From: Xanthobacteraceae bacterium
GTDB lineage: Bacteria; Pseudomonadota; Alphaproteobacteria; Rhizobiales; Xanthobacteraceae
Direction of reading: 5' to 3'
Length of the DNA: 64,000 nucleotides
Assembly (NCBI GenBank): GCA_035642635.1
Contig: DASQRX010000109.1
Span: 4,115 to 68,114 of the forward strand
The notes beneath the pieces were generated by a model, which was not told where the DNA came from, did no database searches, and worked only from the letters and a program-made list of their open reading frames with translations. Within the stretch, counting starts at the first letter, position 1. Each line of letters opens with the position of its first letter. Below, piece after piece: positions 1 to 9,194 of the stretch. The position numbers and the translations under genes are program-made.

Positions 1-710
1 TGGCGCCGGAGATCAATTACACCGCCGATGTCGACGCGATCCTCAAGGCGGTGACGAAGAAGACCAAAATGGTCTTCATCGCCAATCCGAACAATCCGAC
101 CGGCACGGCGCTGTCGTTCGACGAAGTCAAGCGCTTGCACCGCGGCCTGCCCGGCAATGTCATGCTGGTGCTCGACGCCGCTTACGCCGAATACGTGACG
201 CGCAACGACTACGAGGCCGGCATCGAGCTCGTCGCGACGTCGGATAACGTCGTGATGTGCCGGACGTTTTCGAAGATCCACGGGCTCGCGGCGCTGCGGC
301 TCGGCTGGATGTTCGCGCCGGCTCCTATCGTCGACGCCATCAATCGCATTCGCGGCCCGTTCAATTCGAGCGGTCCGGCGATCGTCGCCGGCATCGCCGC
401 GATCGAGGACATCGCGCATCAGGAGCGCTCGCGCGAGCACAATACGCGCTGGCTCAACTGGCTGACGGAGGAGATCGGCAAGCTCGGTCTCACCGTGACG
501 CCGAGTGTCGCCAATTTCGTGCTGATCCATTTCCCCGAAACCAAGGGCCGCACCGCCAAGGACGCCGACGCTTTCCTCACCGCGCGCGGGCTGATTCTGC
601 GTCAGACCACCGCTTACAAATTGCCGAACGCGCTGCGCATGAGCGTCGGCACCGAAGAAGCCAACCGTCTCGCAGTCGCGGCGCTCAAGGATTTCTTGGC
701 CCAATCATAA
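1..710 (+). CDS. hisC: histidinol-phosphate aminotransferase, C-terminal part (5' end outside window)
   Basis: The ORF is open from the window edge. It carries [19 protein letters not shown] and [16 protein letters not shown] (PLP-lysine region), typical of class II aminotransferase HisC, and is followed by tyrC as in many alphaproteobacteria. Confidence 0.85.
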   Translation, partial: APEINYTADVDAILKAVTKKTKMVFIANPNNPTGTALSFDEVKRLHRGLPGNVMLVLDAAYAEYVTRNDYEAGIELVATSDNVVMCRTFSKIHGLAALRLGWMFAPAPIVDAINRIRGPFNSSGPAIVAGIAAIEDIAHQERSREHNTRWLNWLTEEIGKLGLTVTPSVANFVLIHFPETKGRTAKDADAFLTARGLILRQTTAYKLPNALRMSVGTEEANRLAVAALKDFLAQS

Positions 711-759
711 TGCGTCCGCGCCAAACGCCTGCAGGGCTGACGCGCGAGCGGAGATTTAT

Positions 760-1734
760 GTGACGAAGACCGCCCCCATCTTCAATCGCCTGGCGCTGAT
801 CGGCGTTGGCCTCATCGGCTCGTCGATCGCGCGCGCGGCGCGCGCGCAGGGCGCGGTGCGCGAGATCGTGGCGACGGCGCGTTCCGCCGCCACGCGCCGC
901 CGCGTCGCCGAGCTTGGCATCGCCGATCAGGTTGTCGAAACCAACGCGGACGCGGCCGAGGGCGCCGATCTTGTGATCGTGTGCGTGCCCGTCGGCGCCT
1001 GCGGCGAGGTCGCCAAGGAGATCGGCCCGCGTCTGAAGGAAGGCGCCCTCGTCTCCGACGTCGGCTCGGTCAAGGGCGCCATCCTGCGCGACATGAGCCC
1101 GCACCTTCCGGACGGCGTGCATTTCGTGCCGGCGCACCCGGTCGCCGGCACCGAACATTCCGGCCCCGATGCGGGTTTTGCGGGACTGTTCGTCGGCCGC
1201 TGGTGCATCCTGACGCCGCCGGAAAATGCCGATCCGGCCGCGGTCGAAAAGCTCGCCGCGTTCTGGTGCGCGCTCGGCGCCAATGTAGAGTCCATGCCGG
1301 CCGGACATCATGACCTGGTGCTGGCGATCACCAGCCACCTGCCACATCTCATCGCCTATACGATCGTCGGCACCGCCGACGAATTGGCCGAGGTGACCCG
1401 CTCGGAAGTCCTCAAATTCTCCGCCGGCGGCTTTCGCGATTTCACCCGCATCGCCGCGTCCGATCCGACGATGTGGCGCGACGTTTTCCTCACCAACAAG
1501 GATGCCGTTCTCGAAATGCTCGGCACTTTCAACGAGGATCTTGCGCAATTGACCCGCGCCATCCGCCGCGGCGACGGTCAGGCGTTGTTCGATCATTTCG
1601 CTCGCACGCGCGCGATCCGCCGCGGCATTGTCGAGATCGGACAGGACTCGCCGGTGCCCGATTTCGGCCGCGCCCATCCGGATCTGCCGGCGGAACCGCT
1701 GCCGCGGCCTTACGCCGTTTCGGACGACAATTAA
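760..1734 (+). CDS. tyrC: prephenate/arogenate (cyclohexadienyl) dehydrogenase
   Basis: GTG start. It has an N-terminal Rossmann motif (IGVGLIGSS), the HPVAGTEHSGP motif and the C-terminal PDH domain, and shows hisC-tyrC synteny. Confidence 0.85.
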   Translation: MTKTAPIFNRLALIGVGLIGSSIARAARAQGAVREIVATARSAATRRRVAELGIADQVVETNADAAEGADLVIVCVPVGACGEVAKEIGPRLKEGALVSDVGSVKGAILRDMSPHLPDGVHFVPAHPVAGTEHSGPDAGFAGLFVGRWCILTPPENADPAAVEKLAAFWCALGANVESMPAGHHDLVLAITSHLPHLIAYTIVGTADELAEVTRSEVLKFSAGGFRDFTRIAASDPTMWRDVFLTNKDAVLEMLGTFNEDLAQLTRAIRRGDGQALFDHFARTRAIRRGIVEIGQDSPVPDFGRAHPDLPAEPLPRPYAVSDDN

Positions 1735-2105
1735 CCCGCCTTGACCGTCAAGGCTTCCTCGACCGCCGCGCGCAGCACCGCGAGCGTGAAGGGCTTTGCG
1801 ATCACGTCACGAATGAGCGCATCGAGACCGTGGGCGCGCTCGCGTTGATCGGCATAACCGGTCATCAGTAGAATGACGAGATCGGGAAAGTCGCGGGCTG
1901 CCGCGAGCGCGAGCGCGATACCGTCCATGATCGGCATGCGAATATCGGTGAGCAGAAGATCGAAGCGTCCGCCCTCGCGCTGCAGCATGTCGAGCGCTTC
2001 GCTGCCGTTGTTTGCGGTCCTGACGTCGTGGCCGACGATCGTCAGGCCGCGCGCGCACATCGCGCGCAATGTCTCTTCGTCCTCGGCGATCAGAATCCTG
2101 GCCAT
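1731..2105 (-). CDS. single-domain response regulator (CheY-like receiver, CpdR-like)
   Basis: A 124-aa receiver domain only, with ILIAEDE, the phospho-acceptor context LLLTDIRMPIMDG, and KPF near the C-terminus. Its start overlaps the stop of the upstream gene (ATGA). Confidence 0.8.
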   Translation of the reverse strand: MARILIAEDEETLRAMCARGLTIVGHDVRTANNGSEALDMLQREGGRFDLLLTDIRMPIMDGIALALAAARDFPDLVILLMTGYADQRERAHGLDALIRDVIAKPFTLAVLRAAVEEALTVKAG

Positions 2106-3035
2106 CAGTGTGATCCTGCGTAAATGTCGTTGCGATTGAGAAAACGCACCAGCACGTCGTGAGCGTCCGGCGGCGGCGAAGCGAGCCGGGTGCGGAACGG
2201 GACCGCGTCGCCCGAAGCCAGCAGGGTGCGCGGCAGAACGGCGGTCCAGGAATAGATTTCCTGGCGTGCAGCATTGCGTACCGCAAAGCGCAGCCGCGGT
2301 ACCTCGACGATCCGGCGTGAATCGTTGACGATTTCGCCCTCCACCACGAGGATCGGTACGCCCTCGTGCTGCTCGGTCGCCGTGCTGAGATTGTCGAAGT
2401 CGAGACCGCGCAGGTTCACCGGCATGCCGACCCGGGCGTAGAGAGACGCGGTCTGCGGCATCAGCCGCACAAAATCGCTGCGCCAGCCGATGACGATGGC
2501 GTCGAGCAGGATCAGCACGAGGATGCCCGACTGCACCGCCGACAACGGCCAGCGCAACCAGGCGAACTTGGACTTCCCGGCATTGCGTCGCGCGGCATAG
2601 GTCTCGATGTCTTCGACGGGCTCGGTGTCGGCCGCTTCGTCATAGTCCGCATCGGCGTCGAAATCGGTCGGCGCGATGGATGGGGAATCGACCTCGAAGC
2701 CGTGCTTTGGTTCGACGTCCGCGGGATCGGCCGGGCCGTCGAACCACGCCTCGGCTGGGCCCTGAAAACGGGTCCGCAGTCCGGTCCTGAGCTTCGCTCG
2801 GATCCCAGGCTTGTGGATTCTGCGCCGCGTCCTCAGCCACGGCTTCCGCCACCGCAGCGACCGCGTGCCGCACCGGCGCCAAGGCCTCGGCCGCGGCCAT
2901 CAGCTTGGCGGCATGGGACAGCTCCGCCTGCCAGACCGTCCGGCAGCGCACGCAGCGCACTTTGCGGCCATTCGGCCGCAGGCTTGCCACGTCCACATCG
3001 TAGGATGTTGCGCAGTTCGGGCAGACAATCAGCAT
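2105..3035 (-). pseudogene. MJ0042-type zinc-ribbon / DUF3426-like membrane protein, reading frame interrupted near 2757-2768
   Basis: The N-terminal frame reads MLIVCPNCATSYDV...VRCVRCRTVW (double CxxC zinc ribbon). The acidic linker, TM segment and DUF3426-like C-terminal domain (2105-2557 and upstream) lie in another frame. That frame stays sensible up to about 2760 but has no start codon before the TTG at 2557. Confidence 0.6.
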
Positions 3036-3300
3036 AGGTTAGTCCGGAGCGCGGCACCTTTGGGGCGACCGTAACAGGCCAACGTTAACGGATTGGAAAC
3101 CAAGCCGCCGGAGGGCCTCGTGGCGAGCCCAATCACACCCGGCAGACAGACCCCCAATGCCACCCCTCATGACGGGCTTTGGCAGCCCCTTGGCTATAGG
3201 GATGTTAAGTTGGTGGCAACGGCGAATCGTTTGCGAGATCGATGCGAATAATGGGCGAGACAGGCTGCGGCCGGCGGCGCGTGCCACCCCGGAGAACCGC

Positions 3301-3960
3301 GTGATTCGATTCGAGAATGTCGGCCTGCGCTATGGGCTCGGCCCCGAGATTTTGCGCGACCTGTCATTCCGCATCGACGGCCATTCGTTCCAGTTCCTCA
3401 CCGGGCCTTCCGGCGCCGGCAAGACCTCGCTGCTGCGGATGATGTTTCTTCTGCTCAATCCGACCCGCGGCCTGATCACGATGTTCGACCGCGACACCGC
3501 GACCTTGACCAAGGACAGCCGCGCCACGTTGCGACGGCGGATCGGCATCGTGTTTCAGGACTTCCGGCTGCTGGACCATTTGACCACTTACGAGAACGTG
3601 GCGCTGCCGCTGCGGGTGCTCGGCCGGGAGGAAGCGACTTATCGTGCAGAAGTGGTCGAACTCTTGCACTGGGTCGGTCTCGGCGAGCGCATGACGGCGC
3701 CGCCGCCGGTGCTCTCCGGCGGCGAGAAACAGCGCGCCGCAATCGCGCGTGCCGTCATCTCAAGACCACAGCTTCTGCTCGCCGACGAGCCGACCGGCAA
3801 TGTCGATCCCAATCTCGGCCAGCGGCTCCTGCGTCTATTCATCGAGCTCAACAAGTCGGGTACGTCGGTGGTCATTGCCACCCACGACATCGCCCTGATG
3901 GACGAATACGACGCGCGCCGTTTGGTGCTGCACGATGGACGGCTTCATGTCTACGACTGA
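3301..3960 (+). CDS. ftsE: cell division ATP-binding protein FtsE
   Basis: GTG start preceded by GGAGAA. It has Walker A GPSGAGKTS, signature LSGGEKQR and Walker B LLLADEP, and is followed by ftsX. Confidence 0.9.
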   Translation: MIRFENVGLRYGLGPEILRDLSFRIDGHSFQFLTGPSGAGKTSLLRMMFLLLNPTRGLITMFDRDTATLTKDSRATLRRRIGIVFQDFRLLDHLTTYENVALPLRVLGREEATYRAEVVELLHWVGLGERMTAPPPVLSGGEKQRAAIARAVISRPQLLLADEPTGNVDPNLGQRLLRLFIELNKSGTSVVIATHDIALMDEYDARRLVLHDGRLHVYD

Positions 3961-4924
3961 ACCGCTCGAAACCATGTCGGAGCCGTGGGACGATCTCGCC
4001 GCTACGGCGTCGGAAACGCTGGCGCCGCAGGCGCCGACCCCGATCGTGCCGTCGGGCTCGATCGCCGGGCGCTCGCTGACCGCCGTCGTCGCCATCATGA
4101 CTTTTCTCGCCGCGCTGACGGCGGGCGCGGTAACGATGGTGGTCGGCACGGCGAGCGACTGGCAATCGGATGTCGGGCGCGAGGTCACCATCCAGGTGCG
4201 GCCGGTCTCCGGGCGTGACATCGAGGCGGACGTGCGCGCGGCAATGACTATCGCGCAGTCCACCTCAGGCATCGGCGACGTGCGGGCCTATACCAAGGAG
4301 GAGTCGGCAAAACTTGTCGAACCGTGGCTTGGCTCTGGCCTCACGCTCGGCGACCTGCCGATCCCGCGCTTGATTGTCGTCAAGCTTGTATCCGGCGCGA
4401 CGCCGGACTTCCCGTCGCTGCGCAAATCGCTCGCCGCGCAAGTCCCGAGCGCAGGCCTCGACGATCATCGCGGCTGGATCGACCGCATGCGCGCCATGGC
4501 CGAAACGGCCGTCGCCATCGGCCTTGCCATTCTCGCGCTCGTCATTGCGGTGACCGTGCTCTCGGTCACTTTCGCGACCCGCGGCGCGATGGCGACCAAT
4601 CACGCGATCGTCGAAGTGCTGCATTACGTCGGGGCGACGGATAAATTCATCTCAAGCCAATTCCAGCGCCATTTCCTCTTGCTCGGTCTCAAAGGCGGCG
4701 CCATCGGCGGCGGTTCAGCGATCGGGCTGTTCGGCGTCATCGCGGCGATCAATGTATGGTTCTTGGGGACGCCGAGCGGCGACGAAACCGCGGCTTTGTT
4801 CGGCACCTTCTCGGTCAGCATCAGCGGTTACCTCGCCATCGTCGCTTTGATCGCGCTGATGGCCGCGGTGACGGCGCTGACCTCCCGCCGTGCCGTCAAT
4901 CAGACCCTGGACAACATCGAGTAG
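3947..4924 (+). CDS. ftsX: cell division permease-like protein FtsX
   Basis: It overlaps the ftsE stop and has four predicted TM segments with a large first periplasmic loop. An alternative start lies at 3935. Confidence 0.85.
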   Translation: MSTTEPLETMSEPWDDLAATASETLAPQAPTPIVPSGSIAGRSLTAVVAIMTFLAALTAGAVTMVVGTASDWQSDVGREVTIQVRPVSGRDIEADVRAAMTIAQSTSGIGDVRAYTKEESAKLVEPWLGSGLTLGDLPIPRLIVVKLVSGATPDFPSLRKSLAAQVPSAGLDDHRGWIDRMRAMAETAVAIGLAILALVIAVTVLSVTFATRGAMATNHAIVEVLHYVGATDKFISSQFQRHFLLLGLKGGAIGGGSAIGLFGVIAAINVWFLGTPSGDETAALFGTFSVSISGYLAIVALIALMAAVTALTSRRAVNQTLDNIE

Positions 4925-5025
4925 CGGCCGGCGCGTTCAACTTGCCGGCGAAATCCGAGCTATAGTTTCCGCGTTTTGGACGTGTATTCTCCCAATAGAT
5001 TTTGGCGCGAGGGACGCACGCGGTG

Positions 5026-5691
5026 ATGGGCAGCCTCAGGTCCGCGGTCAAACGACGACGCCTCGGCTCGATCGGCCTGAGGCTCGCCATCCTTTGCACT
5101 ATTTTATTGGTGGCCGGGTTCGGCTTCTTTATCTGGCTCCTGCCCGAGCAGGAGGTCACGCTCGACCGCAACGCCGACGGCATCGTGGTCCTCACCGGCG
5201 GCACCTCGCGCGTGAGCGACGCGCTCGAACTCTTGTCGACCGGCCGCGGCAAGCGGCTCCTGATCACCGGCGTCAATCCCGGCACCACGACCGGCGATAT
5301 CGCACACCAGACCGTCAATTACGATCGCGTCCTGACCTGCTGCGTCGATCTCGATTACGCCGCCCTCAACACGCTCGGCAATGCGGTCCAGGCGCGGCGC
5401 TGGGCGCTGGCCCACAATTTCAATTCGCTCATCGTCGTCACTTCGGCCTATCATATGCCGCGGGCCATGGCCGAGATCGCGCACCAACTTCCGGACGTGG
5501 CGCTGATCCCCTTCCCGGTCGTGTCCGACCGTTTGCGCATCGAGCCGTGGTGGTCGAACAGCGAGACGACCCGGCTGGTGCTGTCGGAATATCTCAAATA
5601 CCTTACCGCCAAGGTGCGCATGCGGTTCGACGCATTTGCGGAGACGAGCGAACTTTTGGCGCCGCTAAGAAACGCGGCAATCTCCGCATAA
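5026..5691 (+). CDS. DUF218 / YdcF(ElyC)-family protein
   Basis: An N-terminal TM segment is followed by GIVVLTGGTSRV, LLITGV and VVTSAYHMPRA, which are typical of DUF218. Confidence 0.75.
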   Translation: MGSLRSAVKRRRLGSIGLRLAILCTILLVAGFGFFIWLLPEQEVTLDRNADGIVVLTGGTSRVSDALELLSTGRGKRLLITGVNPGTTTGDIAHQTVNYDRVLTCCVDLDYAALNTLGNAVQARRWALAHNFNSLIVVTSAYHMPRAMAEIAHQLPDVALIPFPVVSDRLRIEPWWSNSETTRLVLSEYLKYLTAKVRMRFDAFAETSELLAPLRNAAISA

Positions 5692-5722
5692 CCTCTGATC
5701 GTATCGCTGCGCGATAATCCGG

Positions 5723-5764
5723 AAGTCTTGGCCTTCAGGTCTTGGCTTTCAGGTCTTGGCTTGC
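5723..5764. repeat. 3 x 14-bp tandem repeat (AAGTCTTGGCCTTC / AGGTCTTGGCTTTC / AGGTCTTGGCTTGC)
   Basis: Read directly from the sequence, immediately upstream of and running into the plsC start region. Confidence 0.8.
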
Positions 5765-5767
5765 GGA

Positions 5768-6568
5768 ATGACTTTCCGAAAATCTTCCAACAGGTCCGCC
5801 GTGTCTCGCTCTTCCGTGATTTACATTCGCTCCCTCTTGTTCAACGCACTGTTCTACGCGAACCTGACCGTTCACTTGATCGCGGCGTTGCCGACGCTCT
5901 TGCTGCCGCGGCGCATTCTGCACGCCTTCGTGCGCTCCTATGCGTTGACGAGCCTGTGGCTGTTGCGCGTCATCTGCGGCACCAAGGTCGAATGGCGCGG
6001 CATCGAGAAGCTGCCGAAGACGGCCTGCATCATCGCCTGCAAGCACCAATCGGCCTGGGATACGTTCGCGCTCTACGCGGCGATCGACGATCCGACCTAC
6101 ATCCTCAAACGCGAGCTGATGTGGATCCCGCTGTTCGGCTGGTACATGTGGAAGGAGGGGCTGATCCCGGTCGATCGCTCCGCCGGCATGGCGGCGCTGG
6201 CGCGTATGACGGCGCGCGCGCGGCAAGCGCTCGCCGCCGGCCGGCAAATCGTTATCTTCCCCGAGGGCACGCGGCGCTTGCCGGGCGCGGAGCCGAGCTA
6301 CAAGCCCGGCGTGCTTTATCTCTACGGCAAATCCGACGTGCCGTGCGTGCCGATGGCGCTTAATTCCGGCATCTACTGGCCGCGGCGATCGCTGCGCCGT
6401 TTGCCGGGAACCATTGTGGTCGAGATCTTGGATCCGATCGCGCCGGGCCTCGACAAAACCACGTTCTCGGAACGGCTCGAAAACGCGATCGAAGACGCGA
6501 CCAGCCGGCTCGTCGCCGAGAGCGACCGGGGATCAGGGATCATAGGCGCGGGGAATGCTAGTCCTTGA
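5768..6568 (+). CDS. plsC: 1-acyl-sn-glycerol-3-phosphate acyltransferase
   Basis: The HX4D motif (CKHQSAWD) and FPEGTR motif place it in the lysophospholipid acyltransferase family. An alternative TTG start lies at 5756. Confidence 0.8.
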   Translation: MTFRKSSNRSAVSRSSVIYIRSLLFNALFYANLTVHLIAALPTLLLPRRILHAFVRSYALTSLWLLRVICGTKVEWRGIEKLPKTACIIACKHQSAWDTFALYAAIDDPTYILKRELMWIPLFGWYMWKEGLIPVDRSAGMAALARMTARARQALAAGRQIVIFPEGTRRLPGAEPSYKPGVLYLYGKSDVPCVPMALNSGIYWPRRSLRRLPGTIVVEILDPIAPGLDKTTFSERLENAIEDATSRLVAESDRGSGIIGAGNASP

Positions 6569-7139
6569 TACCTGTTTCCCGATGCCTGATCCCTGGTTTC
6601 AGTTGTTCGGCGAGCAAATGCAGATCGCTTTCGCGATAGCCGAGCGCTTCCAGCGCCCGCACCGTCTCGACCACGTAGTCGCGATTGGGACCGGATTTGC
6701 CGTGACCCCGCCGGACGTGATGCAAGCTCTCGTTCAGTGTCAACCGGCCGGCATATTGCATGTGGCTGCGATCGACGATGTAGCACAGCGCCCGCACCCG
6801 CCGCCGGGTTTTATCCTCAAGCTCGATCTGGCGGATGGTCTCAAGATAGACGCTCGTGACCTGTTCGCGCCCGCGCAGATATTCGATGGTCGCTAAGCGC
6901 GCCTCCGCCGCCACCCGATAGGCGATGCCGCGGCACATGCCGCCGCGGTCAAGCCCGAGCACCAGGCCCGGCCGTTCCGGCGTGCCGCGATGAACGAATG
7001 AAAAGACGCACAGCGCGCGATGCAGCCCGATCAGGCGGGCGGGGACGCGTTCGAGATAGGCGAAGCCTGGACGCCACATCAGCGAGCCATAGCCGAAAAC
7101 CCAAAGTTCCCCGGCTTCGTGCTCGGCGTTGCTAGTCAT
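6558..7139 (-). CDS. chaC: gamma-glutamylcyclotransferase, ChaC family
   Basis: Contains LWVFGYGSLMWRPGF and GTPERPGLVLGLDRGG, characteristic of ChaC. Confidence 0.8.
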   Translation of the reverse strand: MTSNAEHEAGELWVFGYGSLMWRPGFAYLERVPARLIGLHRALCVFSFVHRGTPERPGLVLGLDRGGMCRGIAYRVAAEARLATIEYLRGREQVTSVYLETIRQIELEDKTRRRVRALCYIVDRSHMQYAGRLTLNESLHHVRRGHGKSGPNRDYVVETVRALEALGYRESDLHLLAEQLKPGIRHRETGIKD

Positions 7140-7242
7140 TGACCCTCGAAAATGCCCGGACGTTTTGCGATATACTCCGAGGCGAAGTTGAGAATCAAAC
7201 GGACCGGCGCTTGCGGCGCGATTTCAGGGACGACGACAGACC

Positions 7243-8442
7243 ATGCCCAGCCAATCGCCGATGAGTATGATGCGAACGGCGCCGCGGCCGTTGCGCAAGC
7301 GCGCCGCGCCGCCGCGCCACCGGCGGCTGTGGCCCTTCATCCTGCCGGTCGCCATCATCGTCTTGGCCGCCGGCTGGAGTTGGCTGTGGTATTACGGTGC
7401 CGGCATCGCCGGCGAGGCGGAGGCCGGCTGGATCGCGCGCGAGGCGGCGCTCGGCCGCGTTTATGCTTGCGGCGCGCAGAGCATCGGCGGCTTCCCGTTC
7501 AGCTTTATCAGCCGCTGCGATCAGGCCGCCGCCGCGTTCAAAAGCAACAATCCGCCGTTCGACGTGCGCGCGACCAGCGTGACATTCTCGGCGCAGATTT
7601 TTCGCCCGACTTTATTAAACGGCGAAATCGTAGGCCCCGTCACGCTGGCCGATCCCGGCCAGCAGCCGGTCTTTGTCGCTAATTTTTCTAATGCGCAATT
7701 AGGCCTGCTCGGTCTGCCGCCCGATCCTGAGGCGGTCACCGTCACGCTGCGGGCGCCGCGCCTCGACCGCGTCTTAGGTCCCGGCAGCGGCATGATCTTT
7801 GCGGCCGATGCCGTCGATGTCGCGGGCCGCATCATTGCGGGCTCGGCACAGAGTAAACCGGTGATCGAAGCCACTGGACATTTTACCAATGCAACCGCGC
7901 CGACGTTCCATCCGTTGCTTGCCGAACCGCTGCAAGGCGATGCCGACTTTGTCATGCGCGGCTTTGCCGACTTTTCGCCAAAGCCGTGGCCCGCTTTGTT
8001 TCGCGACATGGCGGCGTCCGGCGGCGGCATCGAGATCAAATCGATCCGGATCGAGCGCCCCGACGCCATCGTGGTCGGAACCGGAACCTTGACCGTGAAC
8101 CAGCAGGGCAAACTCGACGGCACCGTCGAGCTCGCGGTGGTCGGCATCGAGAACGTCATTCCGCTGCTCAGCATCGATCAATTGATCGGTCAAGGCATCG
8201 ACCGGCTCACCGGCGGCAGCGGTTCGGCGAACCAAGGGCTCAATGCGCTCGATCGTCTGGTGCCGGGATTGGGCGGCGTAGTCCGCCAGAACGCCGCTTC
8301 GAGTGTGATCGAGAACATCAAGAAAATGGGTAAGCCGACCGAGATCGACAAAAAGCCGGCACTGGCTTTGCCGCTGCGCGTCGAAGACAGCGTGATCTAT
8401 CTCGGCCTCATTCCGCTCGGCGTCGTGCCGTCGTTGTTTTGA
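7243..8442 (+). CDS. membrane-anchored protein of unknown function (DUF2125-like)
   Basis: A long ORF with coding-like composition and an N-terminal TM segment (LWPFILPVAIIVLAAGWSWLWYY). The family assignment is from memory only. Confidence 0.55.
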   Translation: MPSQSPMSMMRTAPRPLRKRAAPPRHRRLWPFILPVAIIVLAAGWSWLWYYGAGIAGEAEAGWIAREAALGRVYACGAQSIGGFPFSFISRCDQAAAAFKSNNPPFDVRATSVTFSAQIFRPTLLNGEIVGPVTLADPGQQPVFVANFSNAQLGLLGLPPDPEAVTVTLRAPRLDRVLGPGSGMIFAADAVDVAGRIIAGSAQSKPVIEATGHFTNATAPTFHPLLAEPLQGDADFVMRGFADFSPKPWPALFRDMAASGGGIEIKSIRIERPDAIVVGTGTLTVNQQGKLDGTVELAVVGIENVIPLLSIDQLIGQGIDRLTGGSGSANQGLNALDRLVPGLGGVVRQNAASSVIENIKKMGKPTEIDKKPALALPLRVEDSVIYLGLIPLGVVPSLF

Positions 8443-8458
8443 GATCGGGTAGCGCACG

Positions 8459-9004
8459 TCACTTGCGTCGATCCGCATGCCAGCCGACCGCGGCATTCGG
8501 TACCGAATCCGTCGCGGCGAAATAAGGCTTGAGATCGATGAGCGGCGTGTCGTCGAGGCAATCGACGCCGACGATTGAAAGCTTGTTGCCGTCGATGCCG
8601 ATGAGCCGCGCCACCGAGACCGCGATCGGATTGGGCCGCGCCGGCGACCGCAAGGCGAAAGTGCCGCGATGCTCGGCATAGTGTCGCGGCCATTGCAGGA
8701 CGAGATCGCGCCGCGCCTGATCCATCCAATAGAGCAGCAAAACGTGGCTGACCGTCTCTAGGCCCCGCAGACCTTCGGCCCAGCGCGGATCGAGCTCGAC
8801 GGTGCAGAGCTCCTCCGATCCGCGCGCGTTTTTCGGGCAATCCTCGCGCCGCTTCCACGGCGTGCGGATGCGGCCGATATAGTAGAGCGACGCATCCGGG
8901 CGCGCCGGCAGTTCGACTGAGATTTCGCCCTCGCGCAGTCCATAAGCATCCCCGGCCGCTGGCGAGCGGGGCACTGGATCGGCCGGTTTTGGCGTCTCGC
9001 TCAT
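8459..9004 (-). CDS. trmO: tRNA (N6-threonylcarbamoyladenosine(37)-N6)-methyltransferase TrmO / YaeB family
   Basis: Contains YIGRIRTPW, LDPRWAEGL, FALRSPARPNPIAVS and TPLIDLKPY. The start is uncertain; the ORF extends to 9100. Confidence 0.7.
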   Translation of the reverse strand: MSETPKPADPVPRSPAAGDAYGLREGEISVELPARPDASLYYIGRIRTPWKRREDCPKNARGSEELCTVELDPRWAEGLRGLETVSHVLLLYWMDQARRDLVLQWPRHYAEHRGTFALRSPARPNPIAVSVARLIGIDGNKLSIVGVDCLDDTPLIDLKPYFAATDSVPNAAVGWHADRRK

Positions 9005-9144
9005 CGCTGCAAATTGGCACGCACATTTGGCAGTCGCCAGTGCCGCCGCCGGAGCGGCAGCTAACGCTTTGGACATACGTCCAAACGCATCGACGCCCAT
9101 CCCAGTGGGCCAAGTCCCATCAAACTTGCGTCAATCTGTTTAAT

Positions 9145-9166
9145 GATATAAAGATATCTTTATATC
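9145..9166. promoter_or_regulatory. perfect 22-bp palindrome GATATAAAGATATCTTTATATC, candidate operator
   Basis: An exact inverted repeat in an AT-rich island 29 bp upstream of the ArsR-type regulator that heads the regulator-metF-metH gene string. Confidence 0.6.
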
Positions 9167-9194
9167 AAAAGTCACGTGTGCTTGGTGCTTTGAA

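Noticed and set aside
685-1677. A long antisense ORF. The same class includes 9851-11101, 11192-12118, 13784-14893, 21889-22854, 23932-24939, 38867-40297, 56870-58297 and 62410-63783.
   Set aside because: These are Arg/Ala/Gly-rich shadow ORFs on the strand opposite genes with unmistakable family motifs. That is typical of high-GC DNA. They have no motifs of their own.
3157-3300. The upstream ATG start for ftsE given by the ORF track.
   Set aside because: It adds 48 residues with no FtsE counterpart. The GTG at 3301 with GGAGAA gives the canonical length and N-terminus.
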